Assembly: GCA_043817645.1 (NCBI GenBank)
Contig: JBDRGP010000014.1
Coordinates: 11,879 to 75,878, forward strand
Reading direction: 5' to 3'
Length of the DNA: 64,000 nucleotides
From: Candidatus Woesearchaeota archaeon
Lineage (GTDB): Archaea; Nanobdellota; Nanobdellia; SCGC-AAA011-G17; JACPIM01
The position numbers and the translations under genes are program-made. The notes beneath the pieces were generated by a model that saw nothing but the letters and a program-made list of their open reading frames with translations, had not been told where the DNA came from and did no database searches. Below are positions 63,401 to 64,000 of this stretch, in pieces (positions within the stretch are counted from its first letter, which is position 1; each line of letters opens with the position of its first letter).

Positions 63401-64000
63401 CATCCATCGGATCATTATCTCCATTTACAAAATCCCATCCATCAATTACTTTGCATTCAGGACCAAAGCAACCTCCCAGATCAACATGAGTATAATCAAC
63501 TCCAGTATCAATAATACCAATAGTAACTCCTTTTCCTGTCAAGCATTCTCTCGGAGTTGCTTCAGGCGAGGGTTCAGGAGAGATTTCACTTATAGGATTG
63601 CCCGTTATATGAGAGGATCCTGTTGGCTCACAAGGTCTTCCATTTCTATCAAGTTCCCAAACATCATCAGCACCAATCAAAGGGACAGAATCCATCAATG
63701 TTGCATAAACTCTGTAGTTCGGGGTAACGGTGTATCCTTCGGCCCTTAATGTGCTAATCTCATTTGATGTTAAATCGTCTACAACAATAGCATTCAAAAC
63801 TTTGGTAACTTCTCCCCTAATATTAATATCTGGTCTTAGCTCGTTTAATCTTGTTTTCAAATTATTATGCTCTGATTCTATTTTAGCTCTTTGACTAGTT
63901 AATTTCTGTTGTAAATCTGAATTTAGTTTATTTTTACTGTAAGTAACTGCTAAAGGTTCTTCCTTTAATCTAACAATATAACCATTAAATTGCTGTTCTT
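60447..64000 (-). CDS. Giant secreted subtilisin-like (S8) protease with an I9 propeptide, FG-GAP repeat propeller and C-terminal beta domain. The 5-prime end lies outside the window.
   Basis: IIDTGVDYTH (Asp), HGTHVAATAAG (His), SGTSMATPHVAG (Ser). At least 8 D.(N/D).DG...E(I/V) FG-GAP units. The frame stays open from 63861 to 64000 (..GYIVRLKEEPLAV..). Confidence 0.85.
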   Translation of the reverse strand, partial: EQQFNGYIVRLKEEPLAVTYSKNKLNSDLQQKLTSQRAKIESEHNNLKTRLNELRPDINIRGEVTKVLNAIVVDDLTSNEISTLRAEGYTVTPNYRVYATLMDSVPLIGADDVWELDRNGRPCEPTGSSHITGNPISEISPEPSPEATPRECLTGKGVTIGIIDTGVDYTHVDLGGCFGPECKVIDGWDFVNGDNDPMDDMGHGTHVAATAAGDGVLKGVAPDADIVAYKVLDEYGGGWFNDIIAAIDRSVDPNQDGDFSDHLDVISLSLGGGGNPDDDMSLAIDNAVDLGVVAVVAAGNDYGEGTIGSPGTARKAITVGAVDKELNMADFSSKGPVIWEDALGNKVSLIKPDIVAPGVNICAAQWEDAWSDRECLDDEHTSISGTSMATPHVAGLAALIKQRNPRYNAEEIKTLIKNTAALLPNPEKVTTQGFGLVNALESVFFENPMIINLDPIEQNQLIIDITGEITGNNFEYYELAYASNVPLVELDEADWSLITVSYEVPSDDVVYDNLDLTEISGGEYLIRLKVFDTQGRIFKDYGYLNVDHDLMDGWPINLGQEWELWAGFTPTLADINNDGSDEIFIRGSHEVFAYFSDGTPLPGWPQTLGGGIMGNGAYHSVSVGDIDNDGDMEIVAGWTQWPENTTDQEGNPMDRCAYAWESDGTPVQGWPIQCDLPLNASLWGLFFSSMSLVDLNNDGYLEIIASGYDESALTYIFDYQGNNFGNWPLPARNDPLYRLFYSPTVGDVDADGEKEVILIYYYFPNGLDDWYTIESHVAIFDSIGNLEIDFDVPLFPYGDPVMLDMDGDFDLEICFSRGQGEACYHHTGIREWDWNGGGYQLTPLSLATGDLNNDGSNEIVFGNIRGFFGGDIYVLDRYGEVLPGWPQEVGSSVWVQPVLADLNNDDNSDIITTTYGGKLFAFDFNGNQLFEPKQMYCISQSGASVGDVDGDGVLEIVAVNELGDVFVWKTNGAVSNESLEWPMLRNTERHTGCYDCFKAQLLWDNYQGEEGYDHESMLSSERRTFVTWSWTADDAVFDECVDVQKIKWIGMRQPHQDVEYNTAEVVILDSNFNTIVEFLDVDYTAEIIGTDFDMETYEGTLSVPDITLEPGHYYFGVRLVGNYRGRNHAATTGNGEIQGQTQGVTQSGFFGYPEWTFVEEVMESETPTDFAYRIYGVLNPSCS

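Noticed and set aside
63858-63860. Track-assigned TTG start of the subtilase ORF
   Set aside because: The frame remains open to the window edge and encodes a propeptide-like sequence, and no signal peptide follows the TTG. The true start lies beyond 64000.

Overview
AT-rich (about 30% G+C from hand counts of a few segments), very gene-dense archaeal contig. About 80 genes lie on both strands, with many 1-4 nt overlaps. Archaeal hallmarks: TFB, Alba, the L1/P0/P1 ribosomal stalk operon, S17e, tRNA-splicing endonuclease EndA, RNase Z, EndoQ, geranylgeranyl reductase, a PibD/FlaK-type prepilin peptidase, and BRE/TATA boxes (consensus cGAAAGnTTTATAAAT) 20-35 nt upstream of many start codons. Small genes, K/E-rich protein tails, sparse metabolism and many surface proteins suggest a DPANN-like lineage (inference only). 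Recognisable content: a minimal [NiFe]-hydrogenase with HypA, HypC and its maturation protease; a thioredoxin-reductase-like flavoprotein plus ferredoxin; nucleotide salvage (PRTase, PRPP synthetase); many proteases (TldD/PmbA, M29, HtrA-like, rhomboid, a giant subtilase with an FG-GAP propeller); several toxin-antitoxin or nucleotidyltransferase modules; and one tRNA-Arg(UCG) with a 12-nt intron. The strongest leads are four. (1) An 11-gene minus-strand cluster (43994-51901) combines KaiC-like ATPases, a pseudo-KaiC::small-GTPase fusion, three Roadblock/LC7 domains (one fused to the cytoplasmic tail of a 992-aa surface receptor), a rhomboid protease and a translationally coupled RHH protein. 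(2) The Alba gene is split by a 31-nt insert that folds as a bulge-helix-bulge motif, and its predicted excision restores the conserved Alba sequence exactly, making it a candidate archaeal mRNA intron. (3) TFB carries a 195-aa mini-intein. (4) A cluster of paralogous lipoprotein and membrane proteins of unknown function sits at 25644-33418. No rRNA, CRISPR array, transposase or integrase was seen.
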